Assembly: GCA_050287085.1 (NCBI GenBank)
Contig: JBNKBE010000007.1
Coordinates: 32,001 to 96,000 of the forward strand
Reading direction: 5' to 3'
DNA: 64,000 nucleotides
From: Polyangiaceae bacterium
GTDB taxonomy: Bacteria; Myxococcota_A; Polyangia; Polyangiales; Polyangiaceae
A program made the translations under genes and the position numbers. Within the stretch, counting starts at the first letter, position 1; every line of letters starts with the position of its first letter. Below are positions 9,140 through 19,022 of the stretch, piece after piece. The notes beneath the pieces are model-generated. The model worked only from the letters and a program-made list of their open reading frames with translations. It was not told the origin of the DNA and did not search any database.

Positions 9140-9579
9140 GACTGCCCCGGCGCAAACTCGCAGCTGTACACCCAGCGCCCGCGTCCCGGCCCCGCATAGT
9201 CCTGCACGAACGTGCCCTGGAGCCCGCGACGCATTACAAAGTCACGACCCGTGTTGTTGTCGTCGCTAGCAACCGCTTTCAGCCCCTTGCAGCCCCCATC
9301 CCGGCACGCCTCCTCAAAGGCTTGCCAAAGCGCAAGTCCTACCCCCTCACCGCGACGGTCTGGATGCGCCGCCAGTTCTCTTACGACGCCCCACTCCTGG
9401 GCCACAAAACCAAACAAGTATCCAATCAGCACGCCCTGATCCTCGAGCACCTTCGCGGTACTCCCGAGGTCGTAGAAGTACGTAGGGTCCAGCGTCGTCG
9501 CGGCGTCCCGCCCCAGCCAACGCTGACGGCATTGGACAATCTGGTCGAAGTCCGCCTTGACCATCGCGCGAACGAACAT
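9136..9579 (-). CDS. GNAT-family N-acetyltransferase
   Basis: Motif A HPDRRGEGVGLAL and motif B DNNTGRDF..RRG. Confidence 0.88.
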   Translation of the reverse strand: MFVRAMVKADFDQIVQCRQRWLGRDAATTLDPTYFYDLGSTAKVLEDQGVLIGYLFGFVAQEWGVVRELAAHPDRRGEGVGLALWQAFEEACRDGGCKGLKAVASDDNNTGRDFVMRRGLQGTFVQDYAGPGRGRWVYSCEFAPGQS

Positions 9580-9694
9580 ACGCCCGTCCTATCAGAATCT
9601 CCCGCCCCTTGCCCACCCGCCAACGCTCTCCACCTCTGAACCCGGTCCTCCGTCGGGGCTGGCAATACGGCCTCGTATCGACTAAGGCGGTGCC

Positions 9695-10360
9695 GTGACC
9701 GACCTTGAGATCGCGCCCTCCATCCTCAGCGCGGACTTCGCTCGCCTCGCCGATGAGATTGCCCAGGTTGAGGCAGCCGGCGCCGATCTGCTGCACGTCG
9801 ACGTGATGGACGGGCAATTTGTCCCAAACATCACACTGGGACCGGTTGTGGTGTCGGCCGTGCGTCGCAGCACGCGCCTCCCCCTAGACGTCCATCTCAT
9901 GATCCAGGACCCCGACCGCTACCTGAATGACTTCGCGTCCGCAGGAGCGGACGGACTCACGGTACAGTACGAGGCCTGCACCCATCTTCAGCGCACCCTC
10001 GCGCGCATCCGGGCCCTCGGTAAGAAGGCAGGGGTCGCCCTCAATCCCCACACCCCGGAAAGCGCACTCGAATACCTCTGGGGCGACCTGGACCTGATCT
10101 TGGTCATGACCGTCAATCCCGGGTTTGGCGGGCAGGAGTTCCTTCACAGCCAACTCGTGAAGATCGAAAGGGTCGCAAAGCGCCTGCAGCAACTGGGCGC
10201 ACCCGCGATCTTGGAGGTGGACGGCGGCATCAACGTCCAGACCATCGCTTCGGCGCGCGCAGCGGGAGCGCAGCGCGCAGTCGCGGGCGCCGCCGTCTTC
10301 AGCCAGCCCGATAGGGCCGCTGCCCTGCGTGCGCTCCGCGCCGCGTGCGCGGCGAGCTGA
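9695..10360 (+). CDS. rpe: Ribulose-phosphate 3-epimerase
   Basis: IAPSILSADF, HVDVMDG.FVPN, DVHLM, MTVNPGFGGQ, EVDGGI. Confidence 0.97.
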   Translation: MTDLEIAPSILSADFARLADEIAQVEAAGADLLHVDVMDGQFVPNITLGPVVVSAVRRSTRLPLDVHLMIQDPDRYLNDFASAGADGLTVQYEACTHLQRTLARIRALGKKAGVALNPHTPESALEYLWGDLDLILVMTVNPGFGGQEFLHSQLVKIERVAKRLQQLGAPAILEVDGGINVQTIASARAAGAQRAVAGAAVFSQPDRAAALRALRAACAAS

Positions 10361-10481
10361 GGGAAGCATCACCTGTTCAGCGGTCGAAATCGCCCCACCG
10401 GGGTGTCTTTCACCCGGGGCGTCACGAAGCGAAACACTCGCGGGGGCTGACGCGTACCATAAGCAAGTCCCCACAGTCCTT

Positions 10482-10531
10482 TGGCATCGGCCCTGCAACC
10501 CGTGACGGACCAAGGTGGCACGGATACTGCT
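10482..10531 (+). promoter_or_regulatory. Two tandem sigma54-type -24/-12 elements
   Basis: TGGCATCGGCCCTGCA (10482-10497) and TGGCACGGATACTGCT (10516-10531), compared with consensus TGGCACG-N4-TTGCW. Confidence 0.6.
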
Positions 10532-10543
10532 TTACTCCCCCTC

Positions 10544-10990
10544 ATGACAACTTCCACCGTCTCGCGCACATCTACCCAGCGAGTCCAATGGTCAGTGCTT
10601 GTCGCGTCGACCGCGGGCCTGACCACCCACCGCGCGGACGTGGAAGTCGACCTGCCCAAGGAGGGTGGTCTCCCGTCTCGCCTCATAGTCCAGGTCTATG
10701 ATCGCTCACCCGGCGTTGGGGCTCAGCGCGTTCGCTACGCGCGACCGGTTGCGGCGTCCGCCACGGTGGCACCTGGCGACCGAGCGCGCGCCACCTTGTC
10801 GCTCCCTACGGACGCGCTTCTCACCGGGGGATACGCGGTAGCCTGGCTGGAACCGGGAGCCCCGGAGGAACTTGAGTTCGGGGGTCTCGAGCGACGTCCG
10901 CCCGCCAAGGCGCGTTGGGCCACGGCCCCGCTCCGTCGCGGCCGGGCCCACCTGAGCCTCACAACAACAGACCCCTCGCGGGCGGCCTGA
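10544..10990 (+). CDS. Hypothetical protein
   Basis: ORF downstream of the sigma54-like boxes, ATG 10544, beta-rich, ends RAA. Confidence 0.6.
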   Translation: MTTSTVSRTSTQRVQWSVLVASTAGLTTHRADVEVDLPKEGGLPSRLIVQVYDRSPGVGAQRVRYARPVAASATVAPGDRARATLSLPTDALLTGGYAVAWLEPGAPEELEFGGLERRPPAKARWATAPLRRGRAHLSLTTTDPSRAA

Positions 10991-11053
10991 AGGGACGCCG
11001 GACGGTGGTTAGCCCCCGTCCCAGACACACCGCCCCCCCGGCCCAGATCGGCG

Positions 11054-13195
11054 CTACGCGGCTACCGACGTCCGGCCGGGCTGCTGCGAGCGCCGCAGCT
11101 CCCTCAGGGCCGCAACGCGCCGCCTAAAGTCCAACCGTTCCTCCGCGCTCAGCGCTCGACCCCCGAAGCGAGCAGCGAGGTAGCGCTCGGTCAGCGACAG
11201 AATCTCGTCCGCACCCGGGGCATTCATTTCGACCAGGGCCCTAGCGTGTGCCAAAGGCGGCGTCTCGGGTCGCCGCTGAACGCCGAGCTCTCGCAGGACC
11301 GCCTCGAGTCGTAGGTAGAGGGCTGCGGCGTGTTCCTCGGCGCGGCCCATGAGCTCCCCGCGGCTCCCTAGGATGTGGCCTCGGCGCCCCTTCTGCCAGC
11401 GGAGCCAGCCGAAATAAGCCGCGCCGCCAGCCGCGCCCGCCGCGGCCAGCCACTTCAGATAGTCAACGAACCGTGTTGAGGACCCCTGCTCGCTCGACAG
11501 CCCGCTTCGGAGCTTCCGGAGCAGCCCAAGTTGCTGCTGCAGATCGTAGGAGACGACGTGCCGCTCCCACCTCTCGCCAGCAGCTTCCACGAGCTCCCGG
11601 AAGAACGAGAACATCCCCTGCGCATCGCCAAAGGCATCCGTCTCCGAGCCCGGCGTCGGATCGAAGCGAGTCCACCCAACCCCGTCGACAAAGACCTCAA
11701 CCCAGCTATGGGCATCTCCCTGCCGCACCGCGTAGAAATCGCCGAACCGGTTCAAGGTGCCCCCTATGAAGCCCGTGACGTTTCGGGTCGGCACGCCCAG
11801 CGCCCGAAGCATCGTCGCCATGGCCGTCGAGTAGTACTCACAATGCCCCCGCTGGGACACGAAGAGAAAGTCGACGAGCGGATTGCGCGCACTGCCCGAC
11901 GGCGATTCCAAGTCGTACCGAAATCCGCGCCGCAGCTTGCGCTCGATGCGCGATGCCATCTCGCGGGGGTTGGTGCTCGATCCCACCCAGCTGCGAGCCA
12001 GCTCCGTCACCCTCGGCTCCCAATCCGGCGGCAAGGTCAGGTAGCGTCCCCGCTCCGCTCCTTCGAGACGCGCCGCCCGGCGCCCTTGCCCCCCAAGGGC
12101 TCGATAGCGCAGCCCGGACTCGTGAGGTAACGCGTAGCTCACATCACCTTCCTGGCCACGGGTTATCACCAGGCCGTCGGCCTCGCGCCCCTCCGCCAAG
12201 ACCTCGAACGCCGCCGCACCGCTCGGCAGGAAGAGCACCGGCGGCTGGATCGGCTCAAGCGCGATCGTCATGAGCTCCTCGCCCAGAGCCACCGGCTCAA
12301 GGGCCCAAATATCGCGTGACAGTCGTTGAGCGGGAAAGCGTCCGCGATCGCGCGACCAGCTCTTGCCGTCATAGGTGTCGAACGCGGTGCCCCGAAGATA
12401 TAGCGGCAAGCGCACAGGCCGCTCTTCATCGCTAGGAGGCAGATAGACACGCATGGCGATGGTCGGATCCGAACGCAAGCGCCCCACCTTGCCCAGGTCC
12501 ACGCGGTCCGAGAAGCCCACCATCCTTCCCGAATTTCCGTGATTGCGGAGCAACATGGAAAGGCCGACGCGCGGGAAAGCGACAAAGAGGCCCGCCGTGA
12601 ACACGAAGATGGGAACGGCGAGCGAGCTCGTGATCAGCAGGAAGCGCCCGCTCACCACGCGCCGACTCCGCAGAATCCTTGGCACATCGACGGGTAGCCC
12701 CGTGCGATCGCGCGCCCCCTGCCGGTAATTGCCCTCCACCTCGCGGCGCAGGTGACTGAGAACGAGTGCGCCAGGGGCCACAACCAAGAAGCCGAAGAAG
12801 CACAACGCGTAGGCGAGCCCCCCGCCCAAGACGGTTCCGGCCACCAAGTGCAGCAGCGCAAGCAGAACTATCTGTTGGTCGTGAGCTCCCCCGCGACGGG
12901 TCCCAATGCGCACTATCTGGAGCCCCGCCGCGAACTCAACGGCAACCGTTAGCGGATCGTGACCGAGAAAGAGGCGGGCCCCGTTCAGCCCGAGCAACCC
13001 GATCGACAACACGAGCCCCGCGGTTCGCATCTTCGGATGCAACTGGACTCGGTCCGGCACGATCAGCGCGAGCACCAGAAGCAAGCTCAGCGACCAGCGC
13101 GAGCCAACCCCAAGCTGCCCGCTGGTCACCAGCGCCGCCATACCAAGCACGGCAAGCGCCCCGGTCATGATGCGATGAATGAGTCCGAACCTCAT
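11054..13195 (-). CDS. Membrane-anchored transglutaminase-like protein (TgpA type: DUF3488 + TGase + DUF4129-like)
   Basis: N-terminal TM bundle, FPR/GFSD motifs, YLRGTAFDTYDG, and an intact triad GHCEYY / HSWVE / FDPTP. Confidence 0.92.
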   Translation of the reverse strand: MRFGLIHRIMTGALAVLGMAALVTSGQLGVGSRWSLSLLLVLALIVPDRVQLHPKMRTAGLVLSIGLLGLNGARLFLGHDPLTVAVEFAAGLQIVRIGTRRGGAHDQQIVLLALLHLVAGTVLGGGLAYALCFFGFLVVAPGALVLSHLRREVEGNYRQGARDRTGLPVDVPRILRSRRVVSGRFLLITSSLAVPIFVFTAGLFVAFPRVGLSMLLRNHGNSGRMVGFSDRVDLGKVGRLRSDPTIAMRVYLPPSDEERPVRLPLYLRGTAFDTYDGKSWSRDRGRFPAQRLSRDIWALEPVALGEELMTIALEPIQPPVLFLPSGAAAFEVLAEGREADGLVITRGQEGDVSYALPHESGLRYRALGGQGRRAARLEGAERGRYLTLPPDWEPRVTELARSWVGSSTNPREMASRIERKLRRGFRYDLESPSGSARNPLVDFLFVSQRGHCEYYSTAMATMLRALGVPTRNVTGFIGGTLNRFGDFYAVRQGDAHSWVEVFVDGVGWTRFDPTPGSETDAFGDAQGMFSFFRELVEAAGERWERHVVSYDLQQQLGLLRKLRSGLSSEQGSSTRFVDYLKWLAAAGAAGGAAYFGWLRWQKGRRGHILGSRGELMGRAEEHAAALYLRLEAVLRELGVQRRPETPPLAHARALVEMNAPGADEILSLTERYLAARFGGRALSAEERLDFRRRVAALRELRRSQQPGRTSVAA

Positions 13196-14226
13196 CCTGC
13201 GCCCGGCGCTCCTTCCCCGGCCTCCGCGGCTGGCGCCACCAGCGCCAAAAAGCGAAGCAGCGGATCAGCTCCCAGCGCGGCGTCCACGCTCACCCCAAGC
13301 CCGTCGGCCGTTCGCACCCTAACCGCGTCCCCGCGCAAGAGATGGGCTACGGCCCGCGACGCGATATCCCGAACGTGTATCTCGAAGCGCTGCTCCCACC
13401 CGGGCTCGTCCCGCCTTCGATTGTCCAATACGAAGTCGACCTCCTGCCGGGTCTCCGCGGCGCGCTCCCGCACGACCAGCGCATGGGCGCTCTTGCGCCA
13501 ATAGATGTCGCGCACGTCATCCCCCTCCCGAAGGGGCCGAACGGTCAAGACGTCGAAGCCGCGTCCACGGCTCAACGCCGACTCGCCACTGGCCTGGCCG
13601 GCCCCGCCTATCGGCGGAAGCGTTACCGCGTCGACCGCTGGATAGATGATCAGCTCACCGTCGCAGCGGAGCTCGCGCGACTTCTCGAAGAAGCCAAACG
13701 GAAAGCGGGTTGCGACTCGGAAGCCCACGTGTCGATCCACGCCGCGTTTGGCAGGCGTACGCCGATAAGCCGCCACCTGCAGCGATCCCGGACTGATCTT
13801 GAGGAAGAAGCAGCGCTTGTCCGCGGGCTGGTCCTCCCTGAGATCCTCGATTTCGACCGCGTAGCTCGGGATCCGCCCCTTCAGATTGTGCACTTCGATC
13901 TCTACCAGATGAGGACGACCCACCTGCGCGCGGGGCGGCAGCCGCCGCACCACGCTGAGCTCTCGCAGACTGAGCTCGCTCATAACGCTGGAAACGACGA
14001 TCAGCGCCAGCAGCATGCCGAGCAACAGATAGAGCAGATTGTTGCCCGTATTGATCGCAGCAAAGCCCACCCCCAGGGTAATGCCGATGAAGTACTTACC
14101 CTCGCGGGTGATCTTCAGCTTCCTGGGCAGCCTCCAGCGCTGCCGAAGACCTGGACCGGCATGACCTTCCTGGACACGCGAATCGCCCGTGACGCCCCCA
14201 GGAAGCGCCGGCGGCTCCGCCATCAT
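13192..14226 (-). CDS. DUF58 domain membrane protein
   Basis: AAINTGNNLLYL, FPFGFF, IYP and R.L.EGDD.R.I.WRKSA motifs. Lies between MoxR and TGase genes. Start approximate. Confidence 0.9.
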   Translation of the reverse strand: MMAEPPALPGGVTGDSRVQEGHAGPGLRQRWRLPRKLKITREGKYFIGITLGVGFAAINTGNNLLYLLLGMLLALIVVSSVMSELSLRELSVVRRLPPRAQVGRPHLVEIEVHNLKGRIPSYAVEIEDLREDQPADKRCFFLKISPGSLQVAAYRRTPAKRGVDRHVGFRVATRFPFGFFEKSRELRCDGELIIYPAVDAVTLPPIGGAGQASGESALSRGRGFDVLTVRPLREGDDVRDIYWRKSAHALVVRERAAETRQEVDFVLDNRRRDEPGWEQRFEIHVRDIASRAVAHLLRGDAVRVRTADGLGVSVDAALGADPLLRFLALVAPAAEAGEGAPGAG

Positions 14227-14251
14227 CTCCGCGCCCATAGCTGCCGAGCTC

Positions 14252-15217
14252 TCAGAGCGGCACCGGTACCCGAGCCACAATATCCCGAATCACCGACTCG
14301 GACTCCTCGCGCGTGGGCACGTAGCCCTGCGCGTGCGCCGCGAGCCGAACGCGATGCGCCAGCAATGGCACGACCAGGTCATGAATGTCGTCAGCGATGC
14401 AGTAGTCCCGACCGGACAACAGGGCGCGAGCCCGGGCAGCACGGGCCAAGCTCTTGGCCGCACGCGGACTGGCTCCCACGGACAGGGTCGCAGCGCTCCG
14501 CGTCGCGCCAACCACGGCTTGCAGGTACGTGGCCAACGCGTGGTCGATACGCACCTCATCGACGGCGGCCTGCACCTGGCGCAGACCATCCGGCCGCATC
14601 ACCTCGCGCACGCGCCCCAGGCGATCGGTTTCGGGCTCCAGAATGAGCCGAGTTTCAACCTGAGGCGGCGGGTAGCCGATGCTGAGCCTGACCATGAAGC
14701 GATCCAGCTGCGACTCGGGCAGTGGAAATGTGCCGGCAAAGTCCTGAGGATTCTGGGTAGCCAATACGATGAACGGTTCCGGCAGCGTAAGCGCCTGCCC
14801 ATCGAGCGAAACCTGACCATCGTTCATCGCCTCGAGCAGGGCGGACTGAGTCCGCGGGCTGGCTCGGTTAATCTCATCCGCTAAGAGCACGTGGGTGAAG
14901 ATGGGCCCCTTGCGCAGCTCGAAGTCCCCCCGCGTTTGGTCGAAGATCGACACCCCCAGCAGGTCACTGGGCAAGAGATCGCTCGTGAACTGAACCCGGA
15001 TCATCTCGGCGCCGAGTGCCTTCGCGAGCGCACGGGCCAGGGTCGTCTTACCAACCCCCGGAACGTCCTCGATCAGAACGTGCCCGCGCGCTAGCAACGC
15101 GATGATGGCGAGCTCCACAACCTCCGCCTTGCCCTCGAGCGCTGCACAGACCGCCTTCTTGAGCTCTCCGAGGAGCTCGAGCCGGGCGGATTGGCTAGCC
15201 AAGGCAGATGATGTCAT
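14252..15217 (-). CDS. MoxR-family AAA+ ATPase
   Basis: GHVLIEDVPGVGKT, DLLPSD, ADEINRA, ATQNP, LPESQLDRF, GASPRA. Confidence 0.97.
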   Translation of the reverse strand: MTSSALASQSARLELLGELKKAVCAALEGKAEVVELAIIALLARGHVLIEDVPGVGKTTLARALAKALGAEMIRVQFTSDLLPSDLLGVSIFDQTRGDFELRKGPIFTHVLLADEINRASPRTQSALLEAMNDGQVSLDGQALTLPEPFIVLATQNPQDFAGTFPLPESQLDRFMVRLSIGYPPPQVETRLILEPETDRLGRVREVMRPDGLRQVQAAVDEVRIDHALATYLQAVVGATRSAATLSVGASPRAAKSLARAARARALLSGRDYCIADDIHDLVVPLLAHRVRLAAHAQGYVPTREESESVIRDIVARVPVPL

Positions 15218-15342
15218 TGGGCAGATACTAGCACGGGACGACACGTTGGCCTCCAGACTGAAGGGCCGAAGCGCGTGGGTCGAACGCTGAGAGGCTGGCC
15301 GAAATCCCCTTGGCGGCGCGCTCGTCCTGCTATGACGCCACC

Positions 15343-16008
15343 GTGCCCAAGATTGCGCGCATCGAGGTGGTTGGGGTCACACGTCTGTTTGGCGCCACGG
15401 CGGCCCTGCGCGGCGTCAGCTGCTCCTTCGACGCGGGAACCATCACCTTCGTTCAAGGCGCCAACGGTGCTGGTAAAAGCACGCTGCTTTCGATCATCGG
15501 CACGACGCTCCGTGCGACGTCCGGACACGTCAGCTACCCACCCTTCGGGCGCAGCCTCAGAGCGGCGCGCGAGCGCCTTGGTTGGGTCGCCCACGAATCC
15601 CATTGCTATCCAGAGCTGACCGGCCGCGAGAACGTTACCCTCGCGGCGCAACTGTACGGCGTCGGTGATGCAGGGGCTGTTGAGGCCATGGCTGAGCGAG
15701 TGGAGGCCGGTGCCTTCTTCGATCGCCCAGTCAGGACGTTGTCCCGCGGTCAACGCCAGCGCGTCTCCTTGGCCCGCGCTTTGGTGCACCAGCCCGACAT
15801 CGTCTTGCTGGACGAGCCGCTGAGTGGCCTCGACGCCGCCAGTAGCACTCGCTTTCGCGAGGTCGTGCAAGAAGAGAGCCGGCGAGGCGCTATCGTCGTC
15901 ATCGTCAGTCATCGCGACGACTGGGTCAGTAGATTCGAGGCGCGGAAGCTGCGCCTCGAGCGCGGCCGACTTGTCGCAAGCCCCACGCCTCATCCAGCCC
16001 CCCCCTGA
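15343..16008 (+). CDS. ABC ATP-binding protein (CcmA-like)
   Basis: Walker A GANGAGKS, signature LSRGQRQR, Walker B LLDEP, H-loop VSH. No permease gene adjacent. Confidence 0.88.
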   Translation: MPKIARIEVVGVTRLFGATAALRGVSCSFDAGTITFVQGANGAGKSTLLSIIGTTLRATSGHVSYPPFGRSLRAARERLGWVAHESHCYPELTGRENVTLAAQLYGVGDAGAVEAMAERVEAGAFFDRPVRTLSRGQRQRVSLARALVHQPDIVLLDEPLSGLDAASSTRFREVVQEESRRGAIVVIVSHRDDWVSRFEARKLRLERGRLVASPTPHPAPP

Positions 16009-16026
16009 AGCGTCCCGCGCAAGGCT

Positions 16027-16695
16027 TCATGCCCGCCGGCCCCAGCTTTCCTCCGCGATGGACAAGAGCTGCAGAGCCGCGTCCGGCGCGCCCATCGAAA
16101 TCACGGGCGTGTCGATCAGGCGAGCAAGCTCAGCACCATTGCCGTCGCTGGAGTGATCGGGCGCTACGTCGTTGAGCACGACCGCGTCGGCCTCCACCCC
16201 ACGGCTGGCTAACGCCGCCAGCGTTGACAATACGTCATGCAACACCCCGAGCCGATTGCTCGCGACGAGGACCACCGAGCAGCCGGGCAGCGCCAACGCC
16301 ACATCCAGCATGCGTTCGCTCTCGCTCAAGGGTGAGAATGCACCGCCCGCGGTTTCGACCCAAAAGCGCGGGCGCGACAGCACGTGTGCCGCCCGCTCTG
16401 CCCAGGCCGCCAGCTCTCCCGCCCGAAGCGTGAGCCCGCGTTCCCGCGCGACCCAATGCGGGCTGACCGGCCGCGGCGCCGTGAAGCACGGTGTCACCAG
16501 CTCGTGGCCCGCCGCCGCGGCCAGAGCCGCCGCATCGCTCGAGGCCGCCTTGTACCCCGTCTCGGCGGGCTTCAGCCCAGCCCAAAGCTCCCGACGACCC
16601 GCCGTCGCGGCCAGGACTTGCGCACCCACGTAGGTCTTCCCTACGTCCGTGCCCGTACCCAGGACCACTACACCGCTGAGCGCTGGGCCGCTCAC
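16027..16695 (-). CDS. bioD: Dethiobiotin synthase
   Basis: GTGTDVGKT, KPAETG, SPH, ETAGG, RLG.L motifs. GTGA overlap with bioF. Confidence 0.93.
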   Translation of the reverse strand: MSGPALSGVVVLGTGTDVGKTYVGAQVLAATAGRRELWAGLKPAETGYKAASSDAAALAAAAGHELVTPCFTAPRPVSPHWVARERGLTLRAGELAAWAERAAHVLSRPRFWVETAGGAFSPLSESERMLDVALALPGCSVVLVASNRLGVLHDVLSTLAALASRGVEADAVVLNDVAPDHSSDGNGAELARLIDTPVISMGAPDAALQLLSIAEESWGRRA

Positions 16696-17900
16696 AGCTG
16701 TTCACCCGCCGCGGACATCGCCGCCGAGAATCCCAAGACGGCGTCCGCAACACGCTGGATGTCGTCCCAGGTGAACGTTGCCTTGACGGTCAGCCGGATC
16801 CGGGCGGCCCCCTCCGGGACCGTCGGAGGCCGGATGGCGACAGCGCGGATCCCCTGCTGGGCCAACCAGGCCGCGCAGGCCAGGGCCCGTCGCTCGTGCC
16901 CCAGAACCACCGGCACAATGGGCCCCCGTCCGGCAACAACCTGCGCTCCACCAGCCGCCAACGCGCTCCGCAGGGCCGCCCCAAGCCCTTCAAGTCGCCT
17001 TCGGGACGCCTCTGCCGCCCGTACCTGCCCCAAGCGCGCTTCCACAGCCGCGCAGAGCGTCGGCGACGGAGCGGTGCTGTACACAAACGACCGCCCGCGG
17101 TTCCAGATGAGGCGGATCAAGTCCGCGGAGCCCGCAACAAAGGCGCCCTGGAGACCGAAGGCCTTTCCAAAGGTACCCACCAGGGCTGTTGGCCTGATGC
17201 CCGCTTCGGCACACAGGCCACGGCCCTGAGGGCCGAAGACACCGAGCGCGTGCGCCTCGTCCACTATCAGGCCTGCGTGGTGCCGGTGTGTGAGGCCGGC
17301 GAGGGCCGCGAGCTCGGGCACGTCGCCGTCCATGCTGAAGTAGGACTCCGTCACCACCCACTTCGCTCCCGAGGAGGGCACGCGCAGGGCTTCGTCCACC
17401 GCTTCAACGCTGAGGTGGGGGCAGACGGTCCGTGCTGCGCCGCTCAAACGAACTCCGTCGATCAAGGAGGCGTGATTGAGCGCGTCGGCAACAACATGGT
17501 CTTCGGGTAGAGCAAGCGCCCCCACAACCGCCAAATTCGCGGCATAGCCGGACGAGAATAGGACTGCGCACTCGGTCCCCAACCAGCGCGCCACGGCTGC
17601 CTCGAGTCGCCGATGGGCTGGTTTGGTGCCGAAAACGAGGCGGCTCGCGCCCGCCCCGGACCACGTTTCACGTGGAACATGCGTCAGGCCCAGGTAGTCG
17701 TTGCTCGCCACGTCCAGGGCGGAGCCCGACCGATCTGGCTTGCGTAGGGCGCCTGCGTCGCACACCCGATAGCGATCGCTCCTCAGCATGGCCACGACCC
17801 GCTCCCGCAGCACCCCGCCGATCGCGCGGCGTTGCTGCACACGACGAGCGATTGCCCTCCTGAGGAGCCCCGCTCTACCCACGCCACGACGCCACTGCAT
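16692..17900 (-). CDS. bioF: 8-amino-7-oxononanoate synthase (start uncertain)
   Basis: SNDYLGL, SGYAAN, NHASLIDG, ESYFSMDGD, DEAHA, GTFGKAFG, IRPPTVP..RIR. Confidence 0.93.
   Translation of the reverse strand: MQWRRGVGRAGLLRRAIARRVQQRRAIGGVLRERVVAMLRSDRYRVCDAGALRKPDRSGSALDVASNDYLGLTHVPRETWSGAGASRLVFGTKPAHRRLEAAVARWLGTECAVLFSSGYAANLAVVGALALPEDHVVADALNHASLIDGVRLSGAARTVCPHLSVEAVDEALRVPSSGAKWVVTESYFSMDGDVPELAALAGLTHRHHAGLIVDEAHALGVFGPQGRGLCAEAGIRPTALVGTFGKAFGLQGAFVAGSADLIRLIWNRGRSFVYSTAPSPTLCAAVEARLGQVRAAEASRRRLEGLGAALRSALAAGGAQVVAGRGPIVPVVLGHERRALACAAWLAQQGIRAVAIRPPTVPEGAARIRLTVKATFTWDDIQRVADAVLGFSAAMSAAGEQL
17664..17679. other. parS-like ParB-binding site inside bioF
   Basis: CGTTTCACGTGGAACA, 14/16 to the consensus TGTTTCACGTGAAACA. 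Confidence 0.75.
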
Positions 17901-18593
17901 GCGCCGGTGCTACACCTAGTCCGCCGCCGCAGCAATACCGCCAGCTCGCTCCTTCCCGGCACACAGGACCCCCCCTGCGCCCAGCGCGGGCCGCGCCAGG
18001 CTCACCGAGCGCGGCCCGGCCCGCGACAGACCCAAGTACCAGCCAAGTACAAGCTCTCCCCCGCGCCGCAGCGGCCGCCGAGGCGGCCCGGCGACGCTAC
18101 GCACCACGCCCGAGCACGCGCCCGAGGGCCCCTCGTTCCGCACCCACCGCGACGCAAACGCCTCAGAAGGCACCGCCCTTCGAGCTCGAGGGCGTCTAGG
18201 GCGTCTAGGGCGCGAGCTTGGCGACGCCAATCGCCACCAGGATCTTCAATGGCGCGAAGACGCCACCGTGGGAACCCTCACGCAACGGGCGCCGGCCCCT
18301 GAATCCGGCCCGAGTCGGCCGGGGCCCGCCGGGCTGCAGCGCGTCCTGCCGACTTTCGCCCGCCAAGGGCCCCGAGAGCAGCCCATCGAGCATCAGCCCT
18401 TCCAGCGTGGCGGCGCCGGGGAGGCCGCCCGACGAGCCCGACGCACGCGGAAGGCCCTCGCGGCCGCTTCGTGCACCGCGGAGCGCGCTCGCCCGAGCCT
18501 CGCGCCCTGCGTAGGGCCCCCACACCTCACGCCCGCGCAGGGCGCGGGCGCCAGCTGGACGCCCCGCGAAGGGCCTCACGCGACGCCGACGCC

Positions 18594-18659
18594 TCGTGAA
18601 GGACGCTCACCGTCGTGAAGGACGCCCACCGTCGTGAAGGACGCTCACCGTCGTGAAGG
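18594..18659. repeat. 19-bp tandem repeat, about 3.5 copies
   Basis: Unit TCGTGAAGGACGCYCACCG at 18594, 18613 and 18632, partial copy at 18651. Confidence 0.92.
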
Positions 18660-18865
18660 CCCCTCCTACCAGCCTAAGGCGGACGGAGCGGGCTCACGCG
18701 AGCTGGACGCCCGGCAGAAGGCCCCCACGCGACGCCGTGAGGGCTGCTCAGGCCCGCTCACGCGCACGGGGCGCGCTCACGCGGTTGTGACGCCCGGCGC
18801 AAGGGCCTCACGCGAAGCTGACGCCCACGGAAGGCCCCCCACGCTCGGAACCGCTGCGCCGCGCC

Positions 18866-18937
18866 GCCCGTGACTGCAGCCCGTGACTGCAGCCCGTGAC
18901 TGCAGCCCGTGACTGCGGCCCGTGACTGCGGCCCGTG
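18866..18937. repeat. 13-bp tandem repeat, about 5.5 copies
   Basis: Unit GCCCGTGACTGCR at 18866, 18879, 18892, 18905 and 18918, partial copy at 18931. Confidence 0.95.
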
Positions 18938-19022
18938 GCTTTCGCGCACCCGTCTCCTGACGCCGGAGTTTCGGAGGCGTGCGGACCTCGCCCCCCAGCC
19001 TTCATGGGCGAACGCCCGGCGA

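Noticed and set aside
6751..14646. Long antisense ORFs such as 6751-7713 and 13342-14646
   Set aside because: Shadow frames opposite well-supported genes, expected in high-GC DNA
18558..18937. CRISPR array or plasmid iterons
   Set aside because: Repeats are head-to-tail or degenerate without unique spacers, and no cas or rep gene is nearby
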